From: a virus
Taxonomy: Duplodnaviria > Heunggongvirae > Uroviricota > Caudoviricetes
DNA: 64,000 nt
IMG/VR virus record: IMGVR_UViG_3300021475_000005
Reading direction: 5' to 3' (one strand)
In this document: one piece after another, positions 52,736-64,000 of the stretch
Layout: every line of letters begins with the position of its first letter
How positions within the stretch are numbered: the stretch's first letter is position 1
The notes under the pieces: model-generated
Database searches by the model: none
The model's input: the letters and a program-made list of their open reading frames with translations, nothing else
What the model was told of the DNA's origin: nothing
Translations under genes and position numbers: made by a program

Positions 52736-53185
52736 TCATAGAGTGAGCACATCAATTCCGTTGCCGCTCCGCGTATCAATCTGCATCGCAGCGTAAACAG
52801 CTTCTTCCGGCGTTGCGCCTGCCGTCATCGCTCCGAGTGCAAGCTCCATCCCCGATCCATAAGCGTGGAAAGGTGCGCGAGACAACTGCAACCCGGCCCA
52901 CGAAAATTCGATGGCAAGTTCAGGATCATTTTTGGTAAAGAGCACACCAATACCTTCGATGCGTTCTTCACCACTTCCTTCACCCATGAGGGGAGGATCG
53001 CCAACACAACCAAGACGAACCCATGCGCAAAATCTATGACAAAGCGAGCCTGTCCCAGCCGCTCCAGCCAAGACGCCTTTATTACGTGCAATCTTGGTGA
53101 TCTGCCCGATGTTAAAACCGTTCAGGGTGATGCGACGGTCGGCAGCCAACATTTTATGTTTTGCGGAGTACGCAATTGTCGTCAT
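52736..53185 (-). CDS. Ntn-hydrolase (HslV / proteasome-beta-like) protein
   Basis: MTTIAY...AAD, AYGSGMELALGAM...AMQIDTRSG. Confidence 0.8.
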   Translation of the reverse strand: MTTIAYSAKHKMLAADRRITLNGFNIGQITKIARNKGVLAGAAGTGSLCHRFCAWVRLGCVGDPPLMGEGSGEERIEGIGVLFTKNDPELAIEFSWAGLQLSRAPFHAYGSGMELALGAMTAGATPEEAVYAAMQIDTRSGNGIDVLTL

Positions 53186-53628
53186 TTGCGCCAAAAGAGA
53201 AGAGTACGAAGAATACCATTCTTGAAGATTTTAAATTCCTGTGGATTGATCGGTACCGTCTGATCTTTCGCATCGACATAGTCGAGTGTCAATGGATCGA
53301 TGTTCTCGCGTCCCCAATGTTCCTTGTATTCGCGTACTTGTGCTTCAACATCATGCTTCTTCTGCCGCATCTTGCAATCGACGCCGCGCAGGATAATCCC
53401 GCTCATGTCATCTGCATGCCCAAGACCAAAGCGTTTCTTCATGTGAATGTGAAGCGGATGCGCTTCATTCCAAAGCCATGCATTACGCATGGCGGTTCCG
53501 TAACCGTGATGCATACTCTCCGCGCCGGTTTGATAGATATACGTAGCATCCGTCAAAGTCATGCTGTTGAAGATCAGTTCGACTGCTTCTTCCAGTGTAT
53601 CGGGGTTATGCTCGCTTGGATTGATCAT
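53182..53628 (-). CDS. Hypothetical protein (DUF6794-like)
   Basis: PDTLEEAV...HHGYGTAMRNAWLW...HADDMSGIIL. Confidence 0.65.
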   Translation of the reverse strand: MINPSEHNPDTLEEAVELIFNSMTLTDATYIYQTGAESMHHGYGTAMRNAWLWNEAHPLHIHMKKRFGLGHADDMSGIILRGVDCKMRQKKHDVEAQVREYKEHWGRENIDPLTLDYVDAKDQTVPINPQEFKIFKNGILRTLLFWRK

Positions 53629-53629
53629 A

Positions 53630-55791
53630 TTAGCACCGTGCTACCAAATCGTCGCCGTGAATGGAATTCAATTTTGCCTGTGGTCTTGGGCCTCCCATTG
53701 ACGGATCGATCTCGTGGGCGAAAACGAGATTCAAATGGGCTCGCACTAACGCTATCTGCGGCGCTGTCAATTGAACAGTAGGTGTCGTCAATTCAAAAAA
53801 GCCTTGCAGCCAGAAACAAAAATCTCGCGATGTCATTCGATCCTCGGATCAGTAAAGGTCAGCGTGCCGCCGTCGATGCGCTCGGCATAGTCCGGTGTGT
53901 TCCAAGCATAGTCAGTTTCGGCATCAGTCCATGTCTCTTCGTTCGACGAAGAGAATTCTACCCAATCGCCCCATGCTTTATAGGCCTTCCATGGAACGAT
54001 GTAGGAATGCCCACTGTTATCGTGTCCAACAAAATATCGTTCTGGCCTTTCCACGCTTCCGCGTGACTCACGAAAAGCTTCAGCACCCGGAGTTGCGATG
54101 ATTATTTTAGAGCCTAACATAAGTTCCTCAGTATATCTGAACGCTGACAAGGGCGCTCGTGCCTTTCAAGAACATCTTAAGGACATCGATCCGCCGCATT
54201 GACATGCGATTAAGCTGGGACGCAAGTATGGTGAAGCGAAAATATTTCTCTTCGCGTTCCTTGGCAGCCTGCGCTTCAGCCTCATCCGCTTTCTTCTTTA
54301 GATCGGCAAGGAAATCATGAGGATCAATATCCCAGTTTTTGTATCCGTTATCCGCCATCAAATTGAATCCGTATAAGTTTCAGTGTCTGGAATTTCGCGC
54401 TCAACGCCATCATCAAACATTTCCTTATCGATGATGTACGGACAATCACTAAGCGGAAGTCGCTCAATCCCGTCCGACCATTTTGGGTCTGGGATATTCG
54501 GGACTGGTGGAAGCGTCACAAAAGCGATGCGATCTTCGCGGACGCCACAGGTATCGAAGGCTGCAAAGATTTTTCCGATCTTCACGTACCATGCAGTACC
54601 TTCAACCATCGTCTCGTGCTCGTACTGAATGCCACCGTAGGTCAGGAGCATTAATCCAAGCAGGAAACCAACGATGACGAACTCACGCTGCATACTTAGG
54701 TCTTAGCTCGAACAGAAGCGCTGACGTTGACACTAACTCCGGTAAAGGCATTCTCTTCACGCCAAGATATGGAGCCGGAGCAACTGACATAAACGTTCTC
54801 ATTGTCACTTGGATTGATCAAAACTTGTAGGATGTGTTCCAATGCATCCTGTGCGATATCTCGGTCTGCACGATGCGTCGGTTGACTGTCTACGACCTTA
54901 TCGAATTCCGCATCGACCTTTCCGATAGCGTCGTCTTTACTGCTGGCTGTGATCGAGAATGAGTAGCTCATATTATTCCCTTCTGGTTTTGGTTTGAGAA
55001 AGTTATTGTGCAGTCTCGCTGGGCATCAGTCCGTACTCGATAGACCGGCGCATGGCTTCGTCCGATGCTGCATTCACCCAGTCATCGACATGATCTTGAC
55101 CCTTGTGGATCAGGACCTCACAGAGAGGGCAATGATGCGATCCGTCATCCTTCATGTGCAGAAGATATTCGCCACCCTGCTGAAGAGCATTTGAATAGAT
55201 GCCGATTGTGACGCCACGCAGCGGATCGAAGTTTGTCGCATTCTCACCGTTGAGATTTGCGTCTTTCATTTTTTGTTTCAGTTCTTCATCGGTCTGAGGA
55301 CGAAGCTTCCACAAGCCACGGAGCGTCATGGCATCTTTGATGTCGGCATAATGTTTGTCGCAGAGTTGCATATCAAGGTCCGCTATGTGCGAGTAGTTGA
55401 AGATACCGTGCGATGGCAGTAATCATTTCCAGCAATTGCTCCATAGGAACGCGTATTGTTCCTGACGGTGCTAGTTGGCTGTCTATCTTCTCTACACCCC
55501 TAATCGAGAAACTGATGACGCCGTCATCCTCGACATTTACTGCCAAGGAAGGAGGCGCAGTCCCGGTAGGGATGTATGAGAAGATATTCATCACTTCACT
55601 TTGAATTTGGCTGCGACGTTCATGATCTTCGTGACAGTCTCGTCATAGTTGCCTTCAACCAAATGCCCATTGGGCCATTCAACAGAAACAACACAAGTAA
55701 CGTTTGGTTGGCCTTCTAAGACACGTAAGATATGTGCTATGTTGAACAGAACTTTCCGTCCGGTAGTCGAAACCTTGAATTCAACAAACAT
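53630..55791 (-). other. Run of eight small hypothetical genes (53630-53836, 53833-54150, 54128-54358, 54358-54693, 54696-54971, 55003-55371, 55373-55594, 55591-55791)
   Basis: Tightly tiled ORFs with overlapping start/stop codons; no recognisable motifs. Confidence 0.6.
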
Positions 55792-56147
55792 CAAACCTGA
55801 CTCAAGGCGGCGACCGTAACCGAGCACAAACGATTCTTCATGCGTTCATTGATGGGGAGGAAGTGATACGGAGCCATCCGAGGGTCGAGCTTTTCGATCT
55901 CACTGAATGTATGACCATATTGCCATCCATCCTTCTTGCGCTCTTCGATCCACACATTATGTTGGGCAGCATCACCAAGTGTTGGAAACTTCAAACGGAA
56001 ATCAACGGCAGCGAGAGCAGCTTCACGCTGATCAGACGGTGCATCGTCCCATGCCAGTTGGCTGTCGTCGCCTTGCTCGAACATGTAGGCACGCTGTGCC
56101 TCATGGTAAACGCGAGCGATCATATGTTTACGGTCTGGAGATAACAT
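55791..56147 (-). CDS. RyR-domain protein
   Basis: IARVYHEAQRAY...QHNVWIEERKKDGWQYG...DPRMAPYHFLP. Confidence 0.8.
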   Translation of the reverse strand: MLSPDRKHMIARVYHEAQRAYMFEQGDDSQLAWDDAPSDQREAALAAVDFRLKFPTLGDAAQHNVWIEERKKDGWQYGHTFSEIEKLDPRMAPYHFLPINERMKNRLCSVTVAALSQV

Positions 56148-56157
56148 TGTAGTCCTT

Positions 56158-58054
56158 TCAAGAGAGTAAGAAAAAATTTTCCGTACAGCCTGCTGCGAGT
56201 TTGCATCTAAGCTGTGAGAGGTACTCGTGCAACGAATTCACCAATAGACTTTCGCTATCTTTTGATGGAGCAAAACGAATTTCATTTTCATACTCACCTA
56301 TCGCAAGATAAATTGCACGAAAGCGGAGGCCCATTAACGGGGACCTTATAGATTTGAAGACTGTCTCCTTTGGGTTATGAGAACGCTGAAGCCTTTCTGC
56401 GGTATCATGCCTTGAGACGACGATCAAAATCGGCAGATCGGGGCGCTCTGTAACAATGTTCTCGCCGAGATGCATTAACGAGGAACTCTTCTGGAACGAC
56501 CTTCAAAGATAAGAGCGTGAAGCTCATCATACGAGCCCGATACTTTTGCAATCACTGTACCTCGAAGAAAAACTAAACAATATTCGTCAGTAGTGGCAGT
56601 GGCAGCAAGCTGATCAACAGCATCACATCTGATTGTCGTTTCTCTTCCGTCAGAAAGAGTACCTTGGATGTAATCGCTCATGGGATGATCGCTCCATTCT
56701 TCGGGTACCACGAATTGTTTTTATCCATTCCCACTATTTGAACCCATTCAATCCGGTGGGTTGGATAAAAAACAAGATCGTCGCCTGCGCAGTGGCAAAA
56801 GCCGTTTGTTACAATGGCGTCAGCTTGCTCACGTGCGACAGGCGACGAATTTACGGTGAAGGTAAAAGGGTAATGACGATCAACTACCTTCACAATGATC
56901 TTTATCTCGCGCTCCCCGTCCAATGAGACCTTATTCTTTTCAGAAAGCGGTGCAACAGGCTCGTCGTAGCGAGGGACGATGCGCTCTCTCGGATGAACGA
57001 TGCCTGCACGATCCTTCGGGAAATTCCTGAACCACTCATTGTCGATGAAACCTTTCGGTGGTGTTCCACATGTGCTGGGTTTCGTACCGGCATCTGGACT
57101 GTGTGACTCGCAACCGGGCAACGCACAAGGATCGAACTTGTTGAACGATCTCACCATGTCATCCCAGAATTCACGGTCTTCATCATCATCATGTTCAAGC
57201 TGTTGCTTGATCTCCTCGTCATGAAAAGGAGAGTTGGCTGCCGGAAAAGCATCCGCAAAATTTTTCCATCTAAATTTAGGTGGCTGCACTGCTCTTACTT
57301 TAACAGTATCAAAGAATTCTTTCAGTTGACGAAATTCTTCGTTCTTGCGTTCGGCGCGTTCTCTTTCATGCTTAGAGAACTCGGCCTTTGCCTGTCTGAG
57401 TTTATCAGTCCACGCATCGAGGCGCTCTTTCAAATCATCTTTTGGGGGTGACATTGGAACTGCATCTCTTTGGTAAGTAGATTTATCAGGATAAGGCGCA
57501 ACATTTCGAATCTGCTGTCGGATCATCTCTTCGCGTTCTTCCGGCGTCATCGCTACAACACGGCGAGCCGATTCTTCGAGAAGAGCTTCCAAGTCAGGCC
57601 GAGGTGGAGCATTAAACTGAAACCGCTTATTTGTTTTCATCGATCTCAGCCAAATTTCCACGCGACTCGCTTACCTTCGTCGTTCGTTCATAAATAACGA
57701 AGCTGCAATCAGATTTTTTGACTGCGTCCAGAATGTAGTCGAACATCGTATCGTCTTCATTGACTTCGCGAATAGGCACGATGTAGTAATCCGCATGGAA
57801 GGGAGCGTTAAGTCGGATACGCTTCCAGTACTTCAGCGTCTTCACGACTTCGCGAGCATCTTCTGGATCGCCGCCAAGTCCGCTACCCAAACGGCATCGT
57901 CTTCCTCGGCGACGCAATTGTCATCGACGTATTTGAGCCACATCCAATCGTCTTCGTCGATCTGGTGGTATTCCCAGCCGCGTGCGGTGAGAGCATTCGT
58001 TTCGGCTTCTGAAAACTCTTCGAAGACCTCATCCATTTTCTGTACTAGACCCAT
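56158..58054 (-). other. Run of hypothetical genes (56158-56475, 56475-56682, 56678-57640, ~57627-57845, 57842-58054)
   Basis: Tiled ORFs; no recognisable motifs. Confidence 0.55.
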
Positions 58055-58866
58055 TCTGATTGCCTTTCTTTGGCGTTGGCGTTGGTGTTATTGATACCGG
58101 TGTTGGCATTGAGTGCCTGTTTAACCTTCCAATTCTTTTCGTGGATCGGCCAAAGTTCATTGAATGTATCCAGCCACCGCATTCTTGCGATGCATGGATT
58201 CCAAATTTCGATTTTGTCCGGATATGGTTTGATCTGCCGGAGAAACTCCCACTCGTCACCCGGTTGGTCTGCAACCATCAAGTCGCGTTTCTCAGTCGCA
58301 GCCATGCGAATATCGATTTGCTTGACTATAGGAGACATCTTTGTCGGGAGATGAAATTGATAAGCAATTGCGCCCGCTGCGGCATCTTCATATTTCTGGA
58401 AGTCTGGGCACAACTGTTTAAGTGGTGTCGTCGTGTCACCAACTAGGGACTCTTGGGAATCATGCATCAAGGCTTCAAATTTGTATTCCTCGGGAGCGTT
58501 CTCACATGCATGCACTGAATGCTGTGCGACCGTATATGCCAAGAAGCCGCTTTTGTTATGCCCGTTGAAACGGGCAATCTTACTCAGCGCGCCTGCAATA
58601 TCTTCCGGCTTTATCGGATACCGATAAGGTTCAAGAAAATTAAAATAGCCACCCGATGTAAGCTGGATTGAGGGTTCGCAAATCAGGAATGGAGGCAGCC
58701 CGCGCTTCTCCAGAAGATCGAGATAGGCTCGCGCCAATACCTCAAGGTCAAATTCTGGAGGAGCCTTATACGGTGTCGAGACGCATAAGCGATGCCGTTC
58801 GGCGGCGCGCTTGGCTGCTTCGTGCAGCCCTACATCGTATTGGTACCCTAATTTCTCGGGAGACAT
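58045..58866 (-). CDS. HD-domain phosphohydrolase (YfbR/YfdR-like deoxynucleotidase)
   Basis: IAGALSKIARFNGH...YTVAQHSV...ALMHDSQESLVGDTTTPLK. Confidence 0.85.
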   Translation of the reverse strand: MSPEKLGYQYDVGLHEAAKRAAERHRLCVSTPYKAPPEFDLEVLARAYLDLLEKRGLPPFLICEPSIQLTSGGYFNFLEPYRYPIKPEDIAGALSKIARFNGHNKSGFLAYTVAQHSVHACENAPEEYKFEALMHDSQESLVGDTTTPLKQLCPDFQKYEDAAAGAIAYQFHLPTKMSPIVKQIDIRMAATEKRDLMVADQPGDEWEFLRQIKPYPDKIEIWNPCIARMRWLDTFNELWPIHEKNWKVKQALNANTGINNTNANAKERQSEWV

Positions 58867-58958
58867 CGAATCCGTTTGTTCAACTCAGGAGGTCAGAAAG
58901 CATATTGGACTCTACCTGTCAAGATGCTGGACTCATAATCCTCTACGGGATCAAGAGC

Positions 58959-61688
58959 TTAGCTTTGAGCAGGCGAGACAATCGAGTTGGGATTCGATCC
59001 AGCTTTAGAATCACAATAGCGCTGGTGGATGTAATTGAAGACGAAAGGCATCGCGGTGCCGAGTGCGGTGAGCACGGCTGCAATATTATTGGGGGAGGAG
59101 ATGGCGATGAAAGGAACGACAAAGATAATCACCCACATGCCGATGCGCGTGGGTGACAGGACGATCTCAGGGCCGGGCTCGACCACATTGAGGAAGCGCA
59201 AGCACGTGCGCCAAATACGACGCGTACCGTCTTCTTTATAGCAATGTGGCGGAAGGGACTTGAGCATTTAATAGATACGTGGACCGATAAAGGTTGGAGA
59301 AATTTCGACGATATCACCAGTGCGTACTTCAGGAAAAGGTACAGCCGGATAAAAGCCTACTGGTTGATCCAGCTTCTTTTCGATGGCTTCGAGCCTTTCC
59401 AGAATTTTCTTCATGAATTCGTCTTTTGCGGGATCGACACAATCAGGTTGATTAGTCTTGCGGTCGAACTCTTCCGCTTGTCGTATTAGCCGCTTGTATT
59501 CAAGCGCCTTCTGATAGTCCCACCACTCATTCGGCATACGCATGCCATAATCTGTAATTGCACTAACCGCGCACATCTTGATTGTCTCCGCCACACTCTT
59601 GATAAAGAACGAGTGCTTGATTCTGGATTTGCTTAAAAAGTTTGCTGCTCTCAGGATTAGGCCAGTTCTTGGCAGGGATCATGAGGTTGGTGAGGGCCTG
59701 CTCATAGCTCGCCGCCAAGCGCAGCAACTCGTCAGCACGAGTATGACCCCGTGCTGCGAGTTCCCGCATATGAAAGGCAATTGTTTTGGCAGGTCTTGAG
59801 GCCACTGGTTAGGCAGCCGGAGGGGTAATCCCAAGCTTGGAGAAAACCCAAGCGCGGAAGGTGGGAATGAAATAGAGAGCGGCCCCGAGGCCTCCCACTA
59901 CAACTAGAACGGCTACAAACATCGCGAGAATCCTTTTAGGTTGGGCGATCAGGAAGCGCTATCCTTACGCTTCTGGACCGGACGTGTCAAGTTTCAGGAC
60001 ATGAAACTTTTACCACGGCGGTAAAATCAAGGCATCCTTGATAATCCAGATCGAGGCTGCGGCTCCAGCGAGGAAGCTTAGAAGGATTACAGAAATCAGC
60101 CAGATCATTTAGAGATTCCTATATTCTAAGCAGACTTCTGGGTATATGGACACTTCGTATCCACGCTTACTGTACCAACGAACAGTCAAATGCCGCATGC
60201 TTATGTGAGGTAATTCAATCCATTGACCCGTTTCTGGGTCTTGCTTGACAGCAGGACAGGTCATTTTCTCATGGCTGTCGATTACTGTCATCAATGGACC
60301 ACCACAACCAAGGGCCACCGCATCACCGACTTTCAATGATGTGAGAGATTTCATTCCTTCATTTTCTCGACAAAGTTATCCCTACAGAAGTCGAATAATT
60401 TGGATTGGAAATCTTTTGGATAACTCTCAGGAAGTTCAATGCGCGTAGCATTATACCAGAACACGCTTAATCCGTGCCATGCACTTGATACTGCTATTTC
60501 GTGTACACGAACGTCGCTGCGCATTTCGCCAAGGCACTTCATTCTTTCATCTCGGAAGTCAATTCAAGTGTATACCGAGAATTACGCGTTTCGATCTCGC
60601 CAGTCTCCTCGTCGAAGCTCATAACCCACGATGTGTGTCCGAACTGTCCGGCGTAATATGGGTGATCGAGAAATTTACCTCGAATCATATATCCGAGACC
60701 TACATCTTCCTTGTAGTAATTTTCTGTCTCAGCCTTATCGAAATGGGCACGATACCAGTTACGGATCGTGCCATTGTGAGGTTTCACAACTTCTGACATG
60801 TAGTCCTTAACACAGGCGGCGCGGAGCAGAACCGGGATTGGGTGGAAGATTGCGCCAGATGTGATGAAGTTGATCTTCCGTCACCTGAACGTGCGAATCC
60901 TTTTTCAGAAGAGCGAGTTCAGATTCGATCTTGTTAAGACGATCTGAAAGTTGAGTCAAGATGGCGCTGAGTGCCGGATCGATTTTTATGTGAAGATCAA
61001 GCTTTTCTTTCTTAGGTTTAGCAGCCTGTTTCTTTTCCTTAATAAATTTCACATTGTTCTTGGGCTTCGTCTTGGTAGCCATTATTTTGCTTTCCGCTTC
61101 TTCGGTTTTGATGTGGGTTTTTTCGTTCTGGGCTTGCGTTTTTGTTTTGGTTTCGGCTGTGTAGGGATAGGGACAGTCGTTGGATGAAGAAGCGCTAAGT
61201 CCTCATCATCCAAGATATCCATCTCGTCATCTTCCGAAAGGGACTCGTGATCGAGGTCGTCGATCAATTCATTCAACGAATTATAATTCTTCCGGCCCAT
61301 GATGATGATTTTAAATTGAACCCTTACCGCAGTCACAACGATCTGGACCACAATAGACAAGACACATTTTTCCAAGATTGCGTGGGCGACCCCAACAGTC
61401 CTTTAATGAACGGTATGGTTCTGATAATGGGACGAGGGCTGGTTTAGGCGGAACATACTCGTGACGGATTTGTGGTCCGTCAGGCAGCTTGGGAAAGCCT
61501 TCAAAATTTTCCGTATTCGGAAAACGAGGGGCACTACCTTCAAATGTTTTGTCGCAGGTCAAGGTGTTATCGTAGAAGAGATCGAGTTGATAAGGAGGAA
61601 GGTGGCATCGTGTGTCTGTTAAAGGCCAACGATCCAGTCGGCTGTACTTGCACCGGCAATCGTCGCCCGGATTGCACTCGCATGCCAT
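58959..61688 (-). other. Run of small genes downstream of the portal (incl. membrane proteins 58959-59267 and 59809-59922, and YodC/DUF2158-like 60109-60354)
   Basis: Tiled ORFs; LKVGDAVALGCGGPLMTV is a DUF2158-like start. Confidence 0.6.
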
Positions 61689-63583
61689 TAGTTACCTCCG
61701 GAACCGCCTGTGCCACCCGGATTAGGCTTCTTCGCTTTGGAAACCTTTCCACTACGTCCCGGTGATGGCGGAGCCGGGCCAGCGGCCTTGGAAGGATTCG
61801 GTCCTTGTGGGTATGGAGCCTGCGGAGCCATGATCTTTGGCGGTGGCGCTTTTTCTTCGAGAACAACCTGACGTTCTTGCAGATCGATTTCCTGCTGCTG
61901 CATATCCGCTTCGCGTGCCACAGAAACCTGATCCAGTTCCTGCTGACGAGTTGCGTAGCCGCGTTGACGCGCTTGGGCATCGGGGCTGTTGATGAAGCTC
62001 ATAGGGTCCTTCAATGCAGAAATGAAATCATCCAGCGTCATGTCCGGGTCGATGACTTCTGCCTTGTGAAGATAGTCATAGAAAACCTCAACAGGAATGA
62101 CACCATCGTCATACATCATATGAATCGCACGGAGTTCACGGGCACCGACTGGGGCCGACAAGAACGCCTGATTGATTTCGTAACGGATGTTTTCGGATTC
62201 GGTGAGTGGGATATCGCGCCACATCATCCACCAGCGGAAGACTTCGCGCATGCCGTCTTCGGTGCTGAGAATGACATTCAGGAGGAGGGATTGTTCGTTT
62301 GCTTCCCGCAGGACGGTCTGATCTTTGGATTCGGAAGACTTCACACCGGGCATGAGGCGTCCGCCAATGGCAGCGATCTGTTCTTCTTTGCCTGTAAGAG
62401 CGCTCTCAAGCGCTTTCAGGCCTGTTCCATGGAATTCTAGGATACCGGGCGCATGAGCGTCGGCTGGGGTTTCCCAGACCATGTCAGGGCCGATGTGATA
62501 CTCAGAAGCGCCTTCGTCGTCTTTGCCGGGCGCGTAATAGACTGGAAGGGCGGTAAAGACACGACCATGTTCGAGGTCGGCGTAGGTACGATAATGGCTG
62601 AGGTTGAGATCGACGATATCGAGGAGCGGTGGTTTCTCGCAGTCAGCGGCATTTGATGTTGCGCCGAAGAACATGAACGGGATGAAACTAAGTGGGACGC
62701 CGCGAACTGTGGGTACAAAGTTCAGTTCGGGGACGGTACGAGGATCGTCCGAGTATACCTTCTGCCGATAGAGCCACGTAAAATCTTCCTGCTGTTCGAG
62801 TAGGAGTTCCCGGTAAACTGTTTTGTAAGTATAGGCTTCGAGATAACGGTTGACCGGTCGAACCATTTGGCCCATCCGGTTACGGCCCCATTGACTATCG
62901 ATGGCTGCTTGAGCGGCGTTCTGAACCGCGTTGGTGGCGCGCATGCCTTCCGGTGAGCCCGGATCGCGTTGACCGATCCATGGATTTTGCTGATCAGGGG
63001 CATTGGAGATGGAGCGTACAAACTCGCGCAGGAGGACGCGAGTGACCATGTAGCGCCCGTTGATGGATTGGACTGTCCAATCGAGAATGTTCTCGGCTGC
63101 ATAGCCCACGGCATAGGGTAGAGGAGTTTTTGAAGGTGTTTCTGGAACATCGACGAGGACGCCGAAACGGCCCATGGCGATCACTTCAGCCATCACGGTC
63201 TTCGTGAATGCTACATGACCAGCGCCATCTTTTGCGAAATTGTTGACGATGGCGTCTTTGAATTTGGATGGTAAGTTTTTGATGACAGGGTCGCGGCGGA
63301 AGACTTGACCAAGCATGCCTGTCTGCGTCTGAGCAGACATATTGTAGAAGACGGCACGCTCTAAGTAGCGAAGATAAGCATCGTCATCCTGACCGGGCAT
63401 GCGCCGCAGATAAATTTCGGCTTTGCGCTTGACTTCACGGGAGCCGGAAATTACATCTCGAATCTTGGCCCAATCTACCCTCCAGTACATAAACTCTGGA
63501 TGAACGACGACTGATGTGGCGTTTGCAACGCCCGCAGCTACGCGAGAAATGTTTGTGCTATTGGGACTCTGACCGGCTGCCAT
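61688..63583 (-). CDS. Portal protein (DUF4055-like)
   Basis: YLERAVFYN, GRFGVLVD, IPFMFFG, KPPLLDIVDLNLSHYRTYADLEHG; 631 aa. Confidence 0.9.
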   Translation of the reverse strand: MAAGQSPNSTNISRVAAGVANATSVVVHPEFMYWRVDWAKIRDVISGSREVKRKAEIYLRRMPGQDDDAYLRYLERAVFYNMSAQTQTGMLGQVFRRDPVIKNLPSKFKDAIVNNFAKDGAGHVAFTKTVMAEVIAMGRFGVLVDVPETPSKTPLPYAVGYAAENILDWTVQSINGRYMVTRVLLREFVRSISNAPDQQNPWIGQRDPGSPEGMRATNAVQNAAQAAIDSQWGRNRMGQMVRPVNRYLEAYTYKTVYRELLLEQQEDFTWLYRQKVYSDDPRTVPELNFVPTVRGVPLSFIPFMFFGATSNAADCEKPPLLDIVDLNLSHYRTYADLEHGRVFTALPVYYAPGKDDEGASEYHIGPDMVWETPADAHAPGILEFHGTGLKALESALTGKEEQIAAIGGRLMPGVKSSESKDQTVLREANEQSLLLNVILSTEDGMREVFRWWMMWRDIPLTESENIRYEINQAFLSAPVGARELRAIHMMYDDGVIPVEVFYDYLHKAEVIDPDMTLDDFISALKDPMSFINSPDAQARQRGYATRQQELDQVSVAREADMQQQEIDLQERQVVLEEKAPPPKIMAPQAPYPQGPNPSKAAGPAPPSPGRSGKVSKAKKPNPGGTGGSGGN

Positions 63584-64000
63584 GTGATTCCTATTATGCC
63601 TTCGGCAAAGAAAAGGGGCAGCGACCTTAGCCGCTGCCAGTTGCCATAAGGAGATCGGCTTCAGACATAAAATAAGCCGACGAAGCTGTGTCTCATGGTT
63701 CTAGGATGGTGTCAAGAATTCCAGAATCACCTGTCGGAGGCTTCGACAGACCCTTGACAAGGCTGAGGAATTAGGCGTAGAGTTCGTCATCTGTGTGGTT
63801 CCAAAGTCGGTTTAACGAACAAAGGAGGCGCTCTCGGCAGGATAACAAACCCCATACCCACCTTATAGAAACCTTTTGTCGTATATTGGATAGCGCCGTC
63901 CGAGTGACTCTCGGGCGGCGCTTTGTTTTGGAATCGTTGACGAGATGGGACAGTGTGTCAGGATCGAGCTTTCAACTTAAAGGATTCGGATGAGGCATTC

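Noticed and set aside
1-64000. CRISPR array, stop-codon recoding, suppressor or Sec tRNAs
   Set aside because: No regular repeat-spacer pattern; genes are full length in the standard code; no CUA or UCA anticodon seen.

Overview
A 64-kb segment of a large tailed (siphovirus) phage, most like the phiCbK/Colossus-type phages of Alphaproteobacteria. This assignment is inferred from gene content, not from a database search. Almost everything is on the minus strand. The order is: portal (63.6-61.7 kb); about 12 kb of small accessory genes; an array of five Y-RNA-like genes plus Ro60/TROVE; scaffold, major and minor capsid; speD; a C1 peptidase; several putative virion proteins; a plus-strand RHH/OmpA/ABC-transporter operon; 37 tRNA genes in four clusters plus two anticodon-less tRNA mimics; PhoH; head-tail joining, tail tube, frameshifted tail chaperone, tape measure and GTA-like tail-tip genes. 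The most striking observation is that the tRNAs are sorted by amino acid into separately promoted operons. The two large operons each start with a short leader ORF whose core is built almost only from codons read by the tRNAs of that operon (RFNRVQQVNFVRYI before the Tyr/Phe/Val/Ile/Gln/Asn/Arg operon; an A/T/L/S/K/P/H-only stretch before the Pro/Thr/Lys/Leu/His/Ala/Ser operon). One leader has a clear terminator/antiterminator pair. This looks like a multi-codon attenuation system that would switch on replacement tRNAs when the matching host tRNAs are depleted. All calls were made by eye.
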